A stretch of 63,458 nucleotides of DNA from Lishizhenia tianjinensis (GCA_945863425.1 CAMBBW010000001.1:1-63458), one strand, 5' to 3'. Positions 1-10,062 are shown, counted from the first letter of the stretch. The notes: a model not told the origin generated them from the sequence alone. Numbers and translations are program-made.

Positions 1-1024
1 TGTCAATACTCAATACAACCGACCAAAGATCTCTACCACCAAAACTTTTAACCCCTCCAATTTCCTGCGCATCAGAAGCAAAAATTAATAATTTCTCGTC
101 TCTTGTAACACATGGGTGCCCTAAAGAAACTGAATCGTTCAATTTATAACTTTGTTTGATTGGTAAAGTATCAATTTGCTTCCACTTTCCACCAGCTTTA
201 TCATATTTCAATCCTGACATTTCAGCAACCATAATTTGACATCCTAGATTTTGTTTCTTCACATTTGGACATCTTGTTATAAATGCAGATTTAAATTGTC
301 CGTCAAAACAAATTGTACCTTCATTGTCACCCGTATTGATTTTCAACGCTTTGTCTAATAAAACGGGTTCTTGCCAGTTCCCTTTTTTATCTTTTGCTGA
401 CATCCATAAATCCATATAAGGCTCGCCTGTTCTAGGATCTGGTTTGTCTCCAACGCTGCCTTTACGAGAAGACCCAAAAATCACCAATGACCTTGCTGCG
501 TCAGCAAACATAGGAGCCATATCCATTTCTTTTCTACTTAATCCTGACTCATGTGACACAATGTGTTTCGTTTTAACTAATTTAAATTTTTCGTTCTGCT
601 CACAAATTTCAAGAGCTGTTGTTGTACGTAAATCTGTAGGATTAATTTTTTGATATTGCCTATAACTTTTTATAGCCTTATCATTTTCATTCATCATTCG
701 CAGCATTTCACCATTGTAAAACAAAATCTCTGGCACTACATCAAAATACTTTAATTCGATCGCTTTCTCATACCATGCATTCGCATCTGCAATTCGCTCA
801 GTAAGTCTAAAGCTTTCAGCTGCTTTGTATGCCATATCCCCTTTTGTTTTGATATCTCCTTTGACACCAAGTTTCACAAAAGCATCGGTACATTTGCTAG
901 AAGCTTCGAAATATTTTTCCATATTGAAAGATTTGTATGCATCTTTCACATATTTTGGTTGGGCTAAAGCGTTTGATGTTAAAACAACGATAGCGACAAC
1001 AAGGAGCATGATAGTTTTTTTCAT
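1..1024 (-). CDS. Partial CDS (N-terminal 341 codons; 3' end lies beyond the window start): signal peptide, TPR-like region, then PD40/TolB-like repeats, as in Bacteroidota OmpA-family peptidoglycan-associated proteins
   Basis: Hand translation of the reverse strand: ATG at 1024-1022, MKKTIMLLVVAIVVLTSNALAQPKYVKDAY..., open with no stop down to base 2. Absent from the ORF track, presumably because it has no in-window stop. Track ORFs 444..653 and 825..1037 are antisense to it. Confidence 0.7.
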   Translation of the reverse strand, partial: MKKTIMLLVVAIVVLTSNALAQPKYVKDAYKSFNMEKYFEASSKCTDAFVKLGVKGDIKTKGDMAYKAAESFRLTERIADANAWYEKAIELKYFDVVPEILFYNGEMLRMMNENDKAIKSYRQYQKINPTDLRTTTALEICEQNEKFKLVKTKHIVSHESGLSRKEMDMAPMFADAARSLVIFGSSRKGSVGDKPDPRTGEPYMDLWMSAKDKKGNWQEPVLLDKALKINTGDNEGTICFDGQFKSAFITRCPNVKKQNLGCQIMVAEMSGLKYDKAGGKWKQIDTLPIKQSYKLNDSVSLGHPCVTRDEKLLIFASDAQEIGGVKSFGGRDLWSVVLSID

Positions 1025-1064
1025 AAAAATGTCCTGATTATTTTAAAAATTAGTTTTAGACACA

Positions 1065-1072
1065 CAAAAATA
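1065..1072 (-). promoter_or_regulatory. Candidate Bacteroidota -7 promoter box (TATTTTTG) for the partial OmpA-like gene
   Basis: Exact TAnnTTTG match on the minus strand, 40 nt upstream of ATG 1024 and just downstream of the rluD hairpin/T-run. No clear -33 element seen. Confidence 0.3.
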
Positions 1073-1073
1073 T

Positions 1074-1104
1074 AAAAAAAAATGAATATTCAAACTTTTA
1101 TTCA
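1074..1104 (-). terminator. Weak candidate intrinsic terminator after rluD
   Basis: Minus strand TGAATA-N10-TATTCA (1104..1083, overlapping the rluD TGA stop) is followed directly by a T9 run (1082..1074). The stem is only 6 bp and AT-rich. Confidence 0.25.
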
Positions 1105-2136
1105 CTTTACCTCAGTGTATGAATTCCATTTCTTTAATATTGCCTGAAACCCTTGCGGCAATTCTACTTCAAATTCCATCCATTTTTTGGACTTTGGATG
1201 GGTAAACCCTAAACTTTTCGCATGTAATGCTTGACCCGGAATTAAAGCAAAGCAATTATCGATAAATTTGTTGTACGAAGAGCTAGTTGTACCTTTTAAT
1301 ATTGAATTACCTCCATATTCGAAATCATTAAAAAGTGGATGCCCAATCGATTTCATGTGAATTCGTATTTGATGGGTTCGACCCGTTTCTAACTTACATT
1401 CAATTAACGTTACGTAGCCAAAACGTTGAAGAACTTTATAATGCGTGACTGCAAATTTCCCCTCGGTTTCATCTTGAAAAACAGTCATTACTTTTCGGTT
1501 TTTTGGTGAACGACCCACGTTGATATTCACCATTCCATCTTCAATTAAATCACCCCAAACAAGTGCAATATATTTACGTTCAGTAGACCTTTCATAAAAC
1601 TGCTGTGCTAGATTTACTAAAGCATCTTCATTTTTTGCTATAACCAAGGTACCGGTAGTATGTTTATCAATGCGATGCACAAGACCAGGACGCATTTTTG
1701 ATAGACTAGAAGTTATAGGCAATTGATCAAAATGGTATATCAAGGCATTTACTAAAGTACCTCTGTAATTACCATATCCGGGATGAACAACCATATCCGC
1801 AGGTTTATTCAACACGATAACGTCGGTATCCTCATAAACAATCGTTAAAGGGATGTTTTCCGCAATGAGTTCTAATTCTCTTACTGGGTAAGGTAAAACA
1901 ATTGATACCTCGTCAGCGGGTTTAACCTTATAATTTTGTTTAACTTTTTGAGCATTAACAACTATGTTTCCATTTTTTGCAGCAGATTGTATCTTGCTTC
2001 TTGAAGTGTTTGGCATTCGATCCAAAAGATACTTATCAATTCGTACCATTTCCTGACCTCTGTCGACAATGATTTTGAAATGTTCGAATAATTCTTCCTC
2101 TTGATCCTGTTCTAAAGGAAATTCTTCATTTATCAT
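1102..2136 (-). CDS. rluD: RluA-family 23S rRNA pseudouridine synthase (RluD-like)
   Basis: 344 aa. S4-like N-terminus (RIDKYLLDRMPNTSRSKIQ) and catalytic motif HRIDKHTTGTLV. 4-nt ATGA overlap with the upstream gene. Confidence 0.9.
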   Translation of the reverse strand: MINEEFPLEQDQEEELFEHFKIIVDRGQEMVRIDKYLLDRMPNTSRSKIQSAAKNGNIVVNAQKVKQNYKVKPADEVSIVLPYPVRELELIAENIPLTIVYEDTDVIVLNKPADMVVHPGYGNYRGTLVNALIYHFDQLPITSSLSKMRPGLVHRIDKHTTGTLVIAKNEDALVNLAQQFYERSTERKYIALVWGDLIEDGMVNINVGRSPKNRKVMTVFQDETEGKFAVTHYKVLQRFGYVTLIECKLETGRTHQIRIHMKSIGHPLFNDFEYGGNSILKGTTSSSYNKFIDNCFALIPGQALHAKSLGFTHPKSKKWMEFEVELPQGFQAILKKWNSYTEVK

Positions 2137-4361
2137 TGTTTTATAATTTTATACACCTTAGTTGATAGTTTTGGCAATGTCAGGTAATATAATCCAGGAG
2201 ACACATCGAATAAATTAATTGAACTATCTATACCTGTCTGAAAAACTTGACCAATTGAATTCATTAACTTATACTCTCCAAAATAGTCATTCCCATTCAA
2301 TCGGAAATTCAAAATGCCATTCGTGGGATTGGGAAAAACAACAAATTCAGTTACCTTAGGTATCTCATTAATCCCTATTGTAGCATCAAGAGCAGTTGAA
2401 AAAATCGGTCGAATCATAGCGGAACCCGGAAAAGGAGATGTCAGCCATGTAAAACCAGCATCAACACTATATCGAATTTTTGATGAATTATCAATATTTC
2501 GGTCTAAACCTGCATTTAATCGATCCGCATCTAATTGTCTCCATCCAATATGAAACTTAGTTCCAACGGGGATTTTCATTGTGTCTTGAAAATAATAAGT
2601 GTGATATCCATTCATACCATTCACATACGTTGGATTTCTTGGAAAAAAGACATTGTCTTCATACAATACAATACCAGGAACACCCGCATTGTCATCCCAC
2701 ACAGTAATTAAAAAAAGTTTGTCTGAAACATCATTTACAGATGGAACAAAATGAATACTAACTCCAATAAGTGAATCTGGTTGATACGAGTTAAATTCAA
2801 TTGCTAATCTTGCTTGTGCCCCTGTTGGTCCAAATGCTGCCTCGGCTGAACCATCATCATAACTGTAATAATTTGAGAAATTTTGATAGAAAACGGTCGA
2901 ATCATTAATGGTTAAATTCGGAAACTGTGCAGAAGCACTTGACTTCACCTCAAAAATTTGCTCATCACCCAATTTTAACCGATCAAATTCGTAGCCATTG
3001 GAGCAGTCATTATAAGAAACGTGAGTCGTTCTAGGTTGGTAATTAATATTTGATTCTGCTAAAATAAATCCTGGTAAAACAAAAGAACTCTCTTGAACTG
3101 AATTGAATAAAACATCAACTACTCCATTCTGATAATTCTCGGGATTAGGGCTTCCATTATGCAATTTTATAATTAACGAATCAGTCATTTTATTACTGGT
3201 ACTTTCCTTATAATGATCCCATGGAACCGACGTATATGTTTTAAGTAAAGAGTTCAAAGGATAAACAAAGGCAAAATCTTTGAAAAGGGTATCATCGATT
3301 GCAGACAAAGTCCTCAAATGAACATAATCAATATGGAAATGATCCAAACTCCCGGCTAATGAACCATAATTTCGAAAACGAAATTGAAAACCATTATGGT
3401 AAAAACTAGTATCATCTAATCGAATATGAACCACTCTAAATGAATGCACAGTATCACCAGCAATCGACCAAACTTGTTTCCAATCGCTTTGTAAAGGTGC
3501 ATAAAATTCCAAAATCAATGAATCTCCTGTTTCTGGAATATCGCCCAGTCCCTCTGGCTGATATAAAAAAGAAAAATAGATGGAATCTGCTGCTGTATTA
3601 GTACTTAAGTTCAGTGGTTTGGATGTTAATTGATCTGCGAAATTTGTTGCTGTTGTTCCAATTTCATAAGGAAATCCATTCTCATCAAGTCCATCAAACG
3701 TTACAATACCCAATGATCGAGGATCTAAGGCAAGGCGATAATTGTGATACGCATAAGAATCCACCCAATGATTCGAAGGGTCGTTAATTGGTTGAAAAAA
3801 AATACGCGCAGAATCTTGAAAATAGGGAGGATTAACGACCCAAACTGTATCAATCAGATTTAATGGCTCACCAATTGTGTCAAAAAGATAATAGGGCGGA
3901 TACAAATTAATCAAAGTGTTTTGCACTGGAAAGATTGACAAATCTGAAACGCGAACTTGAGTGGGTAAAAAAAGTGAATCTTCAAAAGTATTGGTAACAA
4001 TATCATATTTACGTTTGAAAGTAATTTGATTCGTATAATAAATATTGTTTGGTAAGGGTTGATCTGTAACCGGATCTGTTAACTGATAATACAACTCAGA
4101 TGTTACTCCAACTGCATTAAAATCCCCTAAATAGGCTTGAAATTTGTTGGTTGAAAAATCATCAAAAAAAGGAAGTTGTAATGTATCTTGAATAAAAACA
4201 AACGAACTATCAAAAGTAGAACCTGTAGTTTTTAAGTCATGGTTAACTTTAGTAAGTTTCCCATTTTGCATAATTGGACCAACCTCCATGCCTTGCGAAA
4301 TTCCATCATAAAATAAAAATGAAAAAATAATCGAACAAGAAATTGAATTAAAGAGTTTCAT
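2133..4361 (-). CDS. Secreted protein of unknown function with a T9SS type A C-terminal sorting domain
   Basis: 742 aa with an N-terminal signal peptide. The last ~80 aa (EFVVFPNPTNGILNFRL...GLYYLTL...VYKIIKQ) look like a Por secretion tail. No catalytic motif recognised. Confidence 0.75.
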   Translation of the reverse strand: MKLFNSISCSIIFSFLFYDGISQGMEVGPIMQNGKLTKVNHDLKTTGSTFDSSFVFIQDTLQLPFFDDFSTNKFQAYLGDFNAVGVTSELYYQLTDPVTDQPLPNNIYYTNQITFKRKYDIVTNTFEDSLFLPTQVRVSDLSIFPVQNTLINLYPPYYLFDTIGEPLNLIDTVWVVNPPYFQDSARIFFQPINDPSNHWVDSYAYHNYRLALDPRSLGIVTFDGLDENGFPYEIGTTATNFADQLTSKPLNLSTNTAADSIYFSFLYQPEGLGDIPETGDSLILEFYAPLQSDWKQVWSIAGDTVHSFRVVHIRLDDTSFYHNGFQFRFRNYGSLAGSLDHFHIDYVHLRTLSAIDDTLFKDFAFVYPLNSLLKTYTSVPWDHYKESTSNKMTDSLIIKLHNGSPNPENYQNGVVDVLFNSVQESSFVLPGFILAESNINYQPRTTHVSYNDCSNGYEFDRLKLGDEQIFEVKSSASAQFPNLTINDSTVFYQNFSNYYSYDDGSAEAAFGPTGAQARLAIEFNSYQPDSLIGVSIHFVPSVNDVSDKLFLITVWDDNAGVPGIVLYEDNVFFPRNPTYVNGMNGYHTYYFQDTMKIPVGTKFHIGWRQLDADRLNAGLDRNIDNSSKIRYSVDAGFTWLTSPFPGSAMIRPIFSTALDATIGINEIPKVTEFVVFPNPTNGILNFRLNGNDYFGEYKLMNSIGQVFQTGIDSSINLFDVSPGLYYLTLPKLSTKVYKIIKQ

Positions 4362-4405
4362 TTGTTCAAAACGAAAAATTATTTAAAAAATTATAGATGT
4401 AAAAA

Positions 4406-5317
4406 CTAATCATTGTTTTTCGCTGGATCCTTTTTTGTATTCTTTTCTAATTCCTCCCGTTCTTTTTTAATTAATTCTTGATTAGATTTTGAACGATTCA
4501 TTTTTTCTTCATCTACTTCTGGACTCATGGATCCTGTAAATGTGATGACTGATGATTTAGATAACTCTTTTCCTCTTGAATATTCTGGACTTTGAGAAAT
4601 AACAATTGCTGCCATTGTATCCGCCTTAGTTTTACAATCCGTACAACCGTATTCGTATTTGAAACCAATTTCTTCTAACGCTGTAATTGCATCTAAAACA
4701 GTCATTCCGTATAAATCAGGGATTTTTTCAGCATCTTCCTCAACAAATTCGCCCACATAAATCGTTATGGTAGCACCAACAGGAACTAATGTTCCAAAAA
4801 CAACCTTTTTACCTCTGTATAACTGATCTACGACCTGTCCTCCAGCGTCTTCAGCAACCGGCCTGTATCGAATAATGTATTTTAACCCTCGATTTTGAAG
4901 TATACTAGCAGCGAATCGTTGTGATTTATTAATCAAATTTGGCACCTCAACTAATTTTTGTTTTTTGGAAACTCTAAGACCAATAATCCTTCCTGGTTTA
5001 ACAAAAATAGTTGTAACTTTAGAGGGACCAGGTGTTTGTTCTAAAACAGTTCCATTTGGTTTTTTGGGGTCATAAATAGAATCAATAATTTGATATTTTA
5101 ATCCTGATTCTTCCAGAATTGTTTTAGCGTCATTCGAGTTTTTCCCAACGATATTTGGAACTTCAATTTTCTCACCATGATTCGTGGACCAGTCTAAAAT
5201 GAACATTGTCCCAAAAACAACCGTTAAATAAAATAAAACAACTAATCCCAAGTGTTTGAAAAACCTCCTTGATTTTATAAATTCCCAGAATGAAATTAAA
5301 AATGATGATTTACCCAT
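4406..5317 (-). CDS. PASTA domain-containing membrane protein (no kinase or PBP domain)
   Basis: One N-terminal TM helix (LGLVVLFYLTVVFGTMFIL), then three PASTA-like units (VPNIVGKN.., VPNLINKS.., IPDLYGMT..) and a Lys/Glu-rich tail. Start moved from track TTG 5326 to in-frame ATG 5317 (see promoter 5324..5331). Confidence 0.75.
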   Translation of the reverse strand: MGKSSFLISFWEFIKSRRFFKHLGLVVLFYLTVVFGTMFILDWSTNHGEKIEVPNIVGKNSNDAKTILEESGLKYQIIDSIYDPKKPNGTVLEQTPGPSKVTTIFVKPGRIIGLRVSKKQKLVEVPNLINKSQRFAASILQNRGLKYIIRYRPVAEDAGGQVVDQLYRGKKVVFGTLVPVGATITIYVGEFVEEDAEKIPDLYGMTVLDAITALEEIGFKYEYGCTDCKTKADTMAAIVISQSPEYSRGKELSKSSVITFTGSMSPEVDEEKMNRSKSNQELIKKEREELEKNTKKDPAKNND

Positions 5318-5323
5318 AGTGAA

Positions 5324-5331
5324 CAAAAGTA
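5324..5331 (-). promoter_or_regulatory. Candidate -7 promoter box (TACTTTTG) abutting the PASTA gene start
   Basis: Exact TAnnTTTG on the minus strand, followed by 6 nt (TTCACT) and then ATG 5317. The same box-N6-ATG geometry occurs at 23327 and 27058. Confidence 0.4.
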
Positions 5332-5368
5332 ATGAAAAGATTAAAACCGTGAAACTTGATTAACGATT

Positions 5369-6052
5369 TTAGAAATTTGGAGAGAGCATGTGTGTTTTGT
5401 AAAAATCTTCGATGTACTGAACAGCCTCCTCGGCAGTATCCGCGACAAAAAACATTTTCATATCATCTGGTGCAATATTATGCTCAGCTTTCAACATTAC
5501 TTCTTCCACCCACAATAACAAACCAGACCAGTACTCTTTCCCAATAAAAACAACGGGTCTTTTGGCGATTTTCTTTGTTTGAATTAATGTTAGTGCCTCA
5601 AAAGCTTCATCCAACGTCCCGAAACCACCCGGTAACACTACAAAACCTTGAGAATATTTCACGAAAATCACTTTACGAACGAAAAAATAATCAAATTCCA
5701 AATTATGTTCCTGATCAATATATGGATTGTGGTTTTGTTCGAATGGTAAATCAATGTTCAATCCAACTGATCTTCCTCCTCCCTCTTGCGCACCTTTATT
5801 CGCTGCCTCCATAATACCTGGTCCGCCACCTGAAATAATACCATATCCCGCTTCAGCTAATTTTTTTGATACATCCGTTGCAAGTTGATAATACGGATTG
5901 TCTTTTTTTGTTCGCGCTGAACCAAAAACAGAAATACAAGGACCAATTTTCGCCATGCGATCATAAGCCTCAACAAACTCAGACATAATTTTAAAAATTG
6001 ACCAACTGTCATTACTTTTTATGTCATTCCAATCCTTTCTAATCTTATTCAT
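5369..6052 (-). CDS. LOG-family (TIGR00730-type) Rossmann-fold nucleotide-binding protein
   Basis: 227 aa. GGGPGIMEAANKGA and LPGGFGTLDEAFE motifs characteristic of the LOG/lysine-decarboxylase-like family. Confidence 0.85.
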   Translation of the reverse strand: MNKIRKDWNDIKSNDSWSIFKIMSEFVEAYDRMAKIGPCISVFGSARTKKDNPYYQLATDVSKKLAEAGYGIISGGGPGIMEAANKGAQEGGGRSVGLNIDLPFEQNHNPYIDQEHNLEFDYFFVRKVIFVKYSQGFVVLPGGFGTLDEAFEALTLIQTKKIAKRPVVFIGKEYWSGLLLWVEEVMLKAEHNIAPDDMKMFFVADTAEEAVQYIEDFYKTHMLSPNF

Positions 6053-6095
6053 TCAATTTGTGTTAATTCCACATAAAATTAAGCTATTTTTGACT

Positions 6096-7022
6096 GTGAA
6101 ACGACCCCATTTTCAAAATCTTGTGGTTTTTTATCTACTAATGAGTATTGAAATCTTATTTTCGAGTACTTCTATAGCTCAGTCTAATTTTTTTCAACCC
6201 GCAAAAGAACCATTAAAAAAAAGAATTTGGTTTGCTTCTGGAATTCAAGCCTATACAGAAATTGGTTCTTTTGCCGCGTTATATCCTATATGGTATGCAC
6301 AAAATGCAAGTTCCAAATTTCATTTTTTTGATGATTTCGGGAATTGGGGAAATGTTGATAAATACGGTCATTCATATTCTGCTTATCAACTTTCAAAATT
6401 AAGTTCGGATTTTTATCGCTGGGCTGGTGTACCGAAAAAAAAGTCTGCTATTATTGGGAGTTTGGTTGGCCTAAGCTATCAATCCACACTTGAAGTTTTT
6501 GATGGATTTAGCAATGGGTATGGTTTCTCTTGGGGAGACATGCTATTTAATACGCTAGGTAGTGGAATATATTTATCGCAAGAATGGGCTTGGTCCGAAC
6601 AAAAATTAATTCCCAAATTTTCATATCACCCAACTAATTTTGCTGCATTGCGACCAGAAATACTGGGTTCAAATCAGGCTGAACGCTTTTTAAAGGATTA
6701 CAATGGTCAAACATACTGGTTAAGTTTTTCACCTAAACACCTAGCAAAAAACAGTTTGTTTCCAAAATGGCTTTGCATATCCGTTGGCTATGGTATTGAT
6801 GGGCGCCTAGTGGGAGATCAAACATCTTATACTTCAGCAGATGGCATGACCTATCATTCTAAACAACAATATTATCTTAGTATGGATATTGATTTAAAAA
6901 GCCTTCCGATAAAAAATAAGACGATAAAAAAAATAATTAGTGCCTTTAACTATTTGAAAATTCCTGCGCCAGCAGTTTCCTTCCAGAAGAATAAAATTCA
7001 GTTTTTGCCGATTTATTTTTAG
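6096..7022 (+). CDS. DUF2279-like exported protein
   Basis: The DKYGHSYSAYQLS motif and layout recall DUF2279. GTG 6096 gives signal peptide MKRPHFQNLVVFYLLMSIEILFSSTSIAQ. Track start 6021 would overlap the LOG gene. ATG 6141 is the alternative start. Confidence 0.55.
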   Translation: MKRPHFQNLVVFYLLMSIEILFSSTSIAQSNFFQPAKEPLKKRIWFASGIQAYTEIGSFAALYPIWYAQNASSKFHFFDDFGNWGNVDKYGHSYSAYQLSKLSSDFYRWAGVPKKKSAIIGSLVGLSYQSTLEVFDGFSNGYGFSWGDMLFNTLGSGIYLSQEWAWSEQKLIPKFSYHPTNFAALRPEILGSNQAERFLKDYNGQTYWLSFSPKHLAKNSLFPKWLCISVGYGIDGRLVGDQTSYTSADGMTYHSKQQYYLSMDIDLKSLPIKNKTIKKIISAFNYLKIPAPAVSFQKNKIQFLPIYF

Positions 7023-8318
7023 TTATTCATTAATCAATGCTGTCCACAAGGATAATTTTCCACTATCCATTCTTGGCCAAATTGGTCTTATTTTACCATT
7101 GTGCGCAGCAATATTGAGATAATCACCAATAAATACTGATTGAGTCGGTATAAACGGTTTTTCTGAAATAAACGTTTCAACAAATGACATTCCACCATCG
7201 GTTGATTTGCACCATACTACATCCGTTTGGTTGTCTGTGTATTTTCTTCTGTCGAAATAAACAAAATGTAAATAACCCGTGATTTGATCAATCGTCATCC
7301 AAGTAAAAAATTGATGTTTCCCCGGTTTGTCTTGGTTTACACGAATTGGAGCTGACCATGTTTCTCCTTGATCAGTAGATTTCATCAACCAAATATCTGT
7401 ATCAGTATCTCCATTTCGCTGATCAGCCCAATTAATATAAAGCGTTCCCCTATTGGGGCCATTACTTTGATCACATACCAAGATAGGTAATCCATTGCAT
7501 CGATTTATTCCGGGAACGTTAATGGTCCATCCACCGGGATGGTCAGTAATTATTTTCTCCTTTGGAAGCCATGTTTTCCCTTCATCCATTGATTTTTGAA
7601 AAACTAATCCTTTTGGACCCGTCCATGCAACATATAATTCACCGTTTGGACCAAAAGCAGGTACCGCTCCTTCAACGGTTTCATCATCATCCATACAATC
7701 ACCTGAAAATTTATTTATGCGCCACGGATCGCTCCAATTTTCACCTTGGTCCTTTGAAATTGAGAACATAATATTTGATGAATCTTCAGGTTCCATCGAA
7801 TCATACATGTCAAATTGGGTCCAAGTTAAAGCCAATGTATTAGAGGAAGGATGTAAGGCTACCCAATGTTTATCCTGTGCTTTTGATCCATTTGGTTTCG
7901 GAAAAGTACCTTCAGAAAAAGGCTGATCAATAGTTGGCGCAACTTGACATACAATGCGATCAATCCAAGACGTTATTTTATAATCTGCCAAATGAAAATA
8001 GAATACTTTTCCAGACCTATCAAATGTAAGGACAGGATCTCCCCAAACACCATAAGGACTTGTCAAACTTTTGTTTACCCAAGTTTTTCCACCATCTTTT
8101 GAATAATGATAATTGTTTAAAATGGAACCAGCGACTACTTCATTCGTATTCAATGGATTTATCGCAATGGATGGTTCACATACTTGAAAATGTGTTTTTG
8201 AATTCCAGTTTTTCGTGATTTCAATGTTCTTGTAAATTTGACCTTGGCAGGACGAAAAGACTAAAACAGTTAAAACACTAACGAAGCCAATAATTTCGGA
8301 ATATCTTTTGTTCTTCAT
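7023..8318 (-). CDS. BNR/Asp-box repeat (sialidase-superfamily beta-propeller) lipoprotein
   Basis: Five Asp-box motifs: SKDGGKTW, SKDQGENW, SMDEGKTW, STDQGETW, STDGGMSF. ATG 8318 gives lipoprotein signal MKNKRYSEIIGFVSVLTVLVFSSC. This overlaps the upstream gene end by 41 nt. Confidence 0.8.
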   Translation of the reverse strand: MKNKRYSEIIGFVSVLTVLVFSSCQGQIYKNIEITKNWNSKTHFQVCEPSIAINPLNTNEVVAGSILNNYHYSKDGGKTWVNKSLTSPYGVWGDPVLTFDRSGKVFYFHLADYKITSWIDRIVCQVAPTIDQPFSEGTFPKPNGSKAQDKHWVALHPSSNTLALTWTQFDMYDSMEPEDSSNIMFSISKDQGENWSDPWRINKFSGDCMDDDETVEGAVPAFGPNGELYVAWTGPKGLVFQKSMDEGKTWLPKEKIITDHPGGWTINVPGINRCNGLPILVCDQSNGPNRGTLYINWADQRNGDTDTDIWLMKSTDQGETWSAPIRVNQDKPGKHQFFTWMTIDQITGYLHFVYFDRRKYTDNQTDVVWCKSTDGGMSFVETFISEKPFIPTQSVFIGDYLNIAAHNGKIRPIWPRMDSGKLSLWTALINE

Positions 8319-10062
8319 TTTTTGTTGTTGTAAAAGAAAACTGTGGCTTTTCATACGTGAGTATTTTCACATTGGTAGAAAACAAAATATCATCTCGGTT
8401 TATTAATAATTCAACTTGTTCATTTTCCTTCAACGCATTCATTGTTCCTTCCAAAGAACCTTGATCTACTCGAAAACCATTGCAAGCAATTATTTCATCA
8501 TTGACGCTAATTCCTGCTTTTTCTGCAGAAGAACCTGAACGAACGCTTTTTACAATAACGTTTCCACCTTCTTGTTTAACAGACGCTCCAAAAGATGGCC
8601 TTTTAGTTCCCGTGTAAGTAACATCGATTCCAACTTTGGAAAAATATTCTCCATATGGAATAATCTCTGTGCCATCAATGTATTTAGCATAAAAGGTGGT
8701 TAAATCCATTTCCAGAAATTTCTCCAATTCCATTTTAAATTCTTTATCAGAAATGCCCCGATTAAGTTCTTTTGCGTATTTTATATAAACAAAACGCATA
8801 AAATCATCCAAACATTTCTTCCCTTTGTATTTATCAACAATCAAAACATCAAAAATTGCAGCAATTATTTGACCTCTTGAATAATAAGTCATTGTTGTGT
8901 TGGATGAATTTTCATTCGGGCGATAGGCTTTAATCCATGCATCAAAACTGGAATGAGCAACAGATTGAACTCTTGAACCAACTGATCCTTCCACATAATT
9001 AATTGTATTTTGCATTTTAGAAACGAATTCCTCCTGAGACATAAATCCAGCCCGACGCATGATTAATTCGTCATAATACGAGGTAAATCCTTCCATTACC
9101 CATAGTAAACTTGTGTAATTTTCTTTATCGTAATCAAATGGACCTAATTCAATAGGACGGAATCGTTTAACATTCCATAAATGAAAATATTCATGAGCCA
9201 CCAAGTTTAAAAAACCCAGATATTCAGCACCTGAATACGACCATCGGTTTACACTTAGAGTGGTGGAATTCATATGCTCCAGTCCTCCTTGACCATCAAC
9301 CACGTTGTGAACGATAAATAAATACTCCTTATTTGGATTTTCACCAAAAACTTGTGTTTCGGCTTCAATAACCTTTGGCATATCCACTTTTAGTTTTTCA
9401 ATATCATAATTCCCATCCCCGTACATTGCAACTGTGTGCTTAACACCAGCAGCCATAAATTGAAATTCGACTTGATTCCCAATTTCAATGGGGCAATCTA
9501 TTAAGTGGTCATAATTTGAAAAATCAAATGTTTTGTTGCTATCTGATGAAACAGAAATTTTCGCCTTAGGCAGAGCAGTCGAAATAACATTGAATTCGCG
9601 ATAGGGTGTAATTTCTAATTGTCCCGGTAAATTTTGATGGTCACTCACATACATAAAGACTCCCGATCCGCTTACGAATCCATGTGTCAAATCCAAGAAA
9701 CTCGTTCTAACACTCAATTCAAAGGCATATACTTGGTAGGTAATTGATATTCTTTTTCCTTTTAATGCATTCTGAAGCTGCCAAGTATTCTTAGCTGTTT
9801 TTACTGTTTTAATTGCAACTTTGTTTTCATCAAAGGCGAGGACCTGATTAACATTCTTGGAGAATTCCCTAACTAGGTAAGAACCGGGTGCCCAAACAGG
9901 CATTTTTATTTCAAGTTGCTTCTCTTTGAATCCCTCCAAAATCATTTCAACCTCAAAATAATGGCTTTGCGGGTTAGGCATTTTTAATTTATAATTAATC
10001 TTTTGACCAAACAATAAGACTGAATTAATCAGTACAACTAGTGTAAATAGAAATTTTTTCAT
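8278..10062 (-). CDS. M61-family glycyl aminopeptidase-like metallopeptidase with C-terminal PDZ domain
   Basis: HEYFHLWNVKR zinc motif and a PDZ-like segment (AEKAGISVNDEIIACNG). ATG 10062 gives signal peptide MKKFLFTLVVLINSVLLFGQ. The track extension to 10164 overlaps murF. Confidence 0.85.
   Translation of the reverse strand: MKKFLFTLVVLINSVLLFGQKINYKLKMPNPQSHYFEVEMILEGFKEKQLEIKMPVWAPGSYLVREFSKNVNQVLAFDENKVAIKTVKTAKNTWQLQNALKGKRISITYQVYAFELSVRTSFLDLTHGFVSGSGVFMYVSDHQNLPGQLEITPYREFNVISTALPKAKISVSSDSNKTFDFSNYDHLIDCPIEIGNQVEFQFMAAGVKHTVAMYGDGNYDIEKLKVDMPKVIEAETQVFGENPNKEYLFIVHNVVDGQGGLEHMNSTTLSVNRWSYSGAEYLGFLNLVAHEYFHLWNVKRFRPIELGPFDYDKENYTSLLWVMEGFTSYYDELIMRRAGFMSQEEFVSKMQNTINYVEGSVGSRVQSVAHSSFDAWIKAYRPNENSSNTTMTYYSRGQIIAAIFDVLIVDKYKGKKCLDDFMRFVYIKYAKELNRGISDKEFKMELEKFLEMDLTTFYAKYIDGTEIIPYGEYFSKVGIDVTYTGTKRPSFGASVKQEGGNVIVKSVRSGSSAEKAGISVNDEIIACNGFRVDQGSLEGTMNALKENEQVELLINRDDILFSTNVKILTYEKPQFSFTTTKNEEQKIFRNYWLR

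Noticed and set aside
444-1037. Track ORFs 444..653 and 825..1037 on the plus strand
   Set aside because: Both are antisense to a 341-codon open frame with a signal peptide and recognisable repeats. They have no motifs and are most likely shadow ORFs.
6085-6092. Exact TAnnTTTG match (TATTTTTG) upstream of the DUF2279-like gene
   Set aside because: It ends only 3 nt before the GTG (6096) that gives the best signal peptide. If it is a real promoter, the start would be ATG 6141 instead. I cannot decide between these without TSS data, so it is not listed as a feature.
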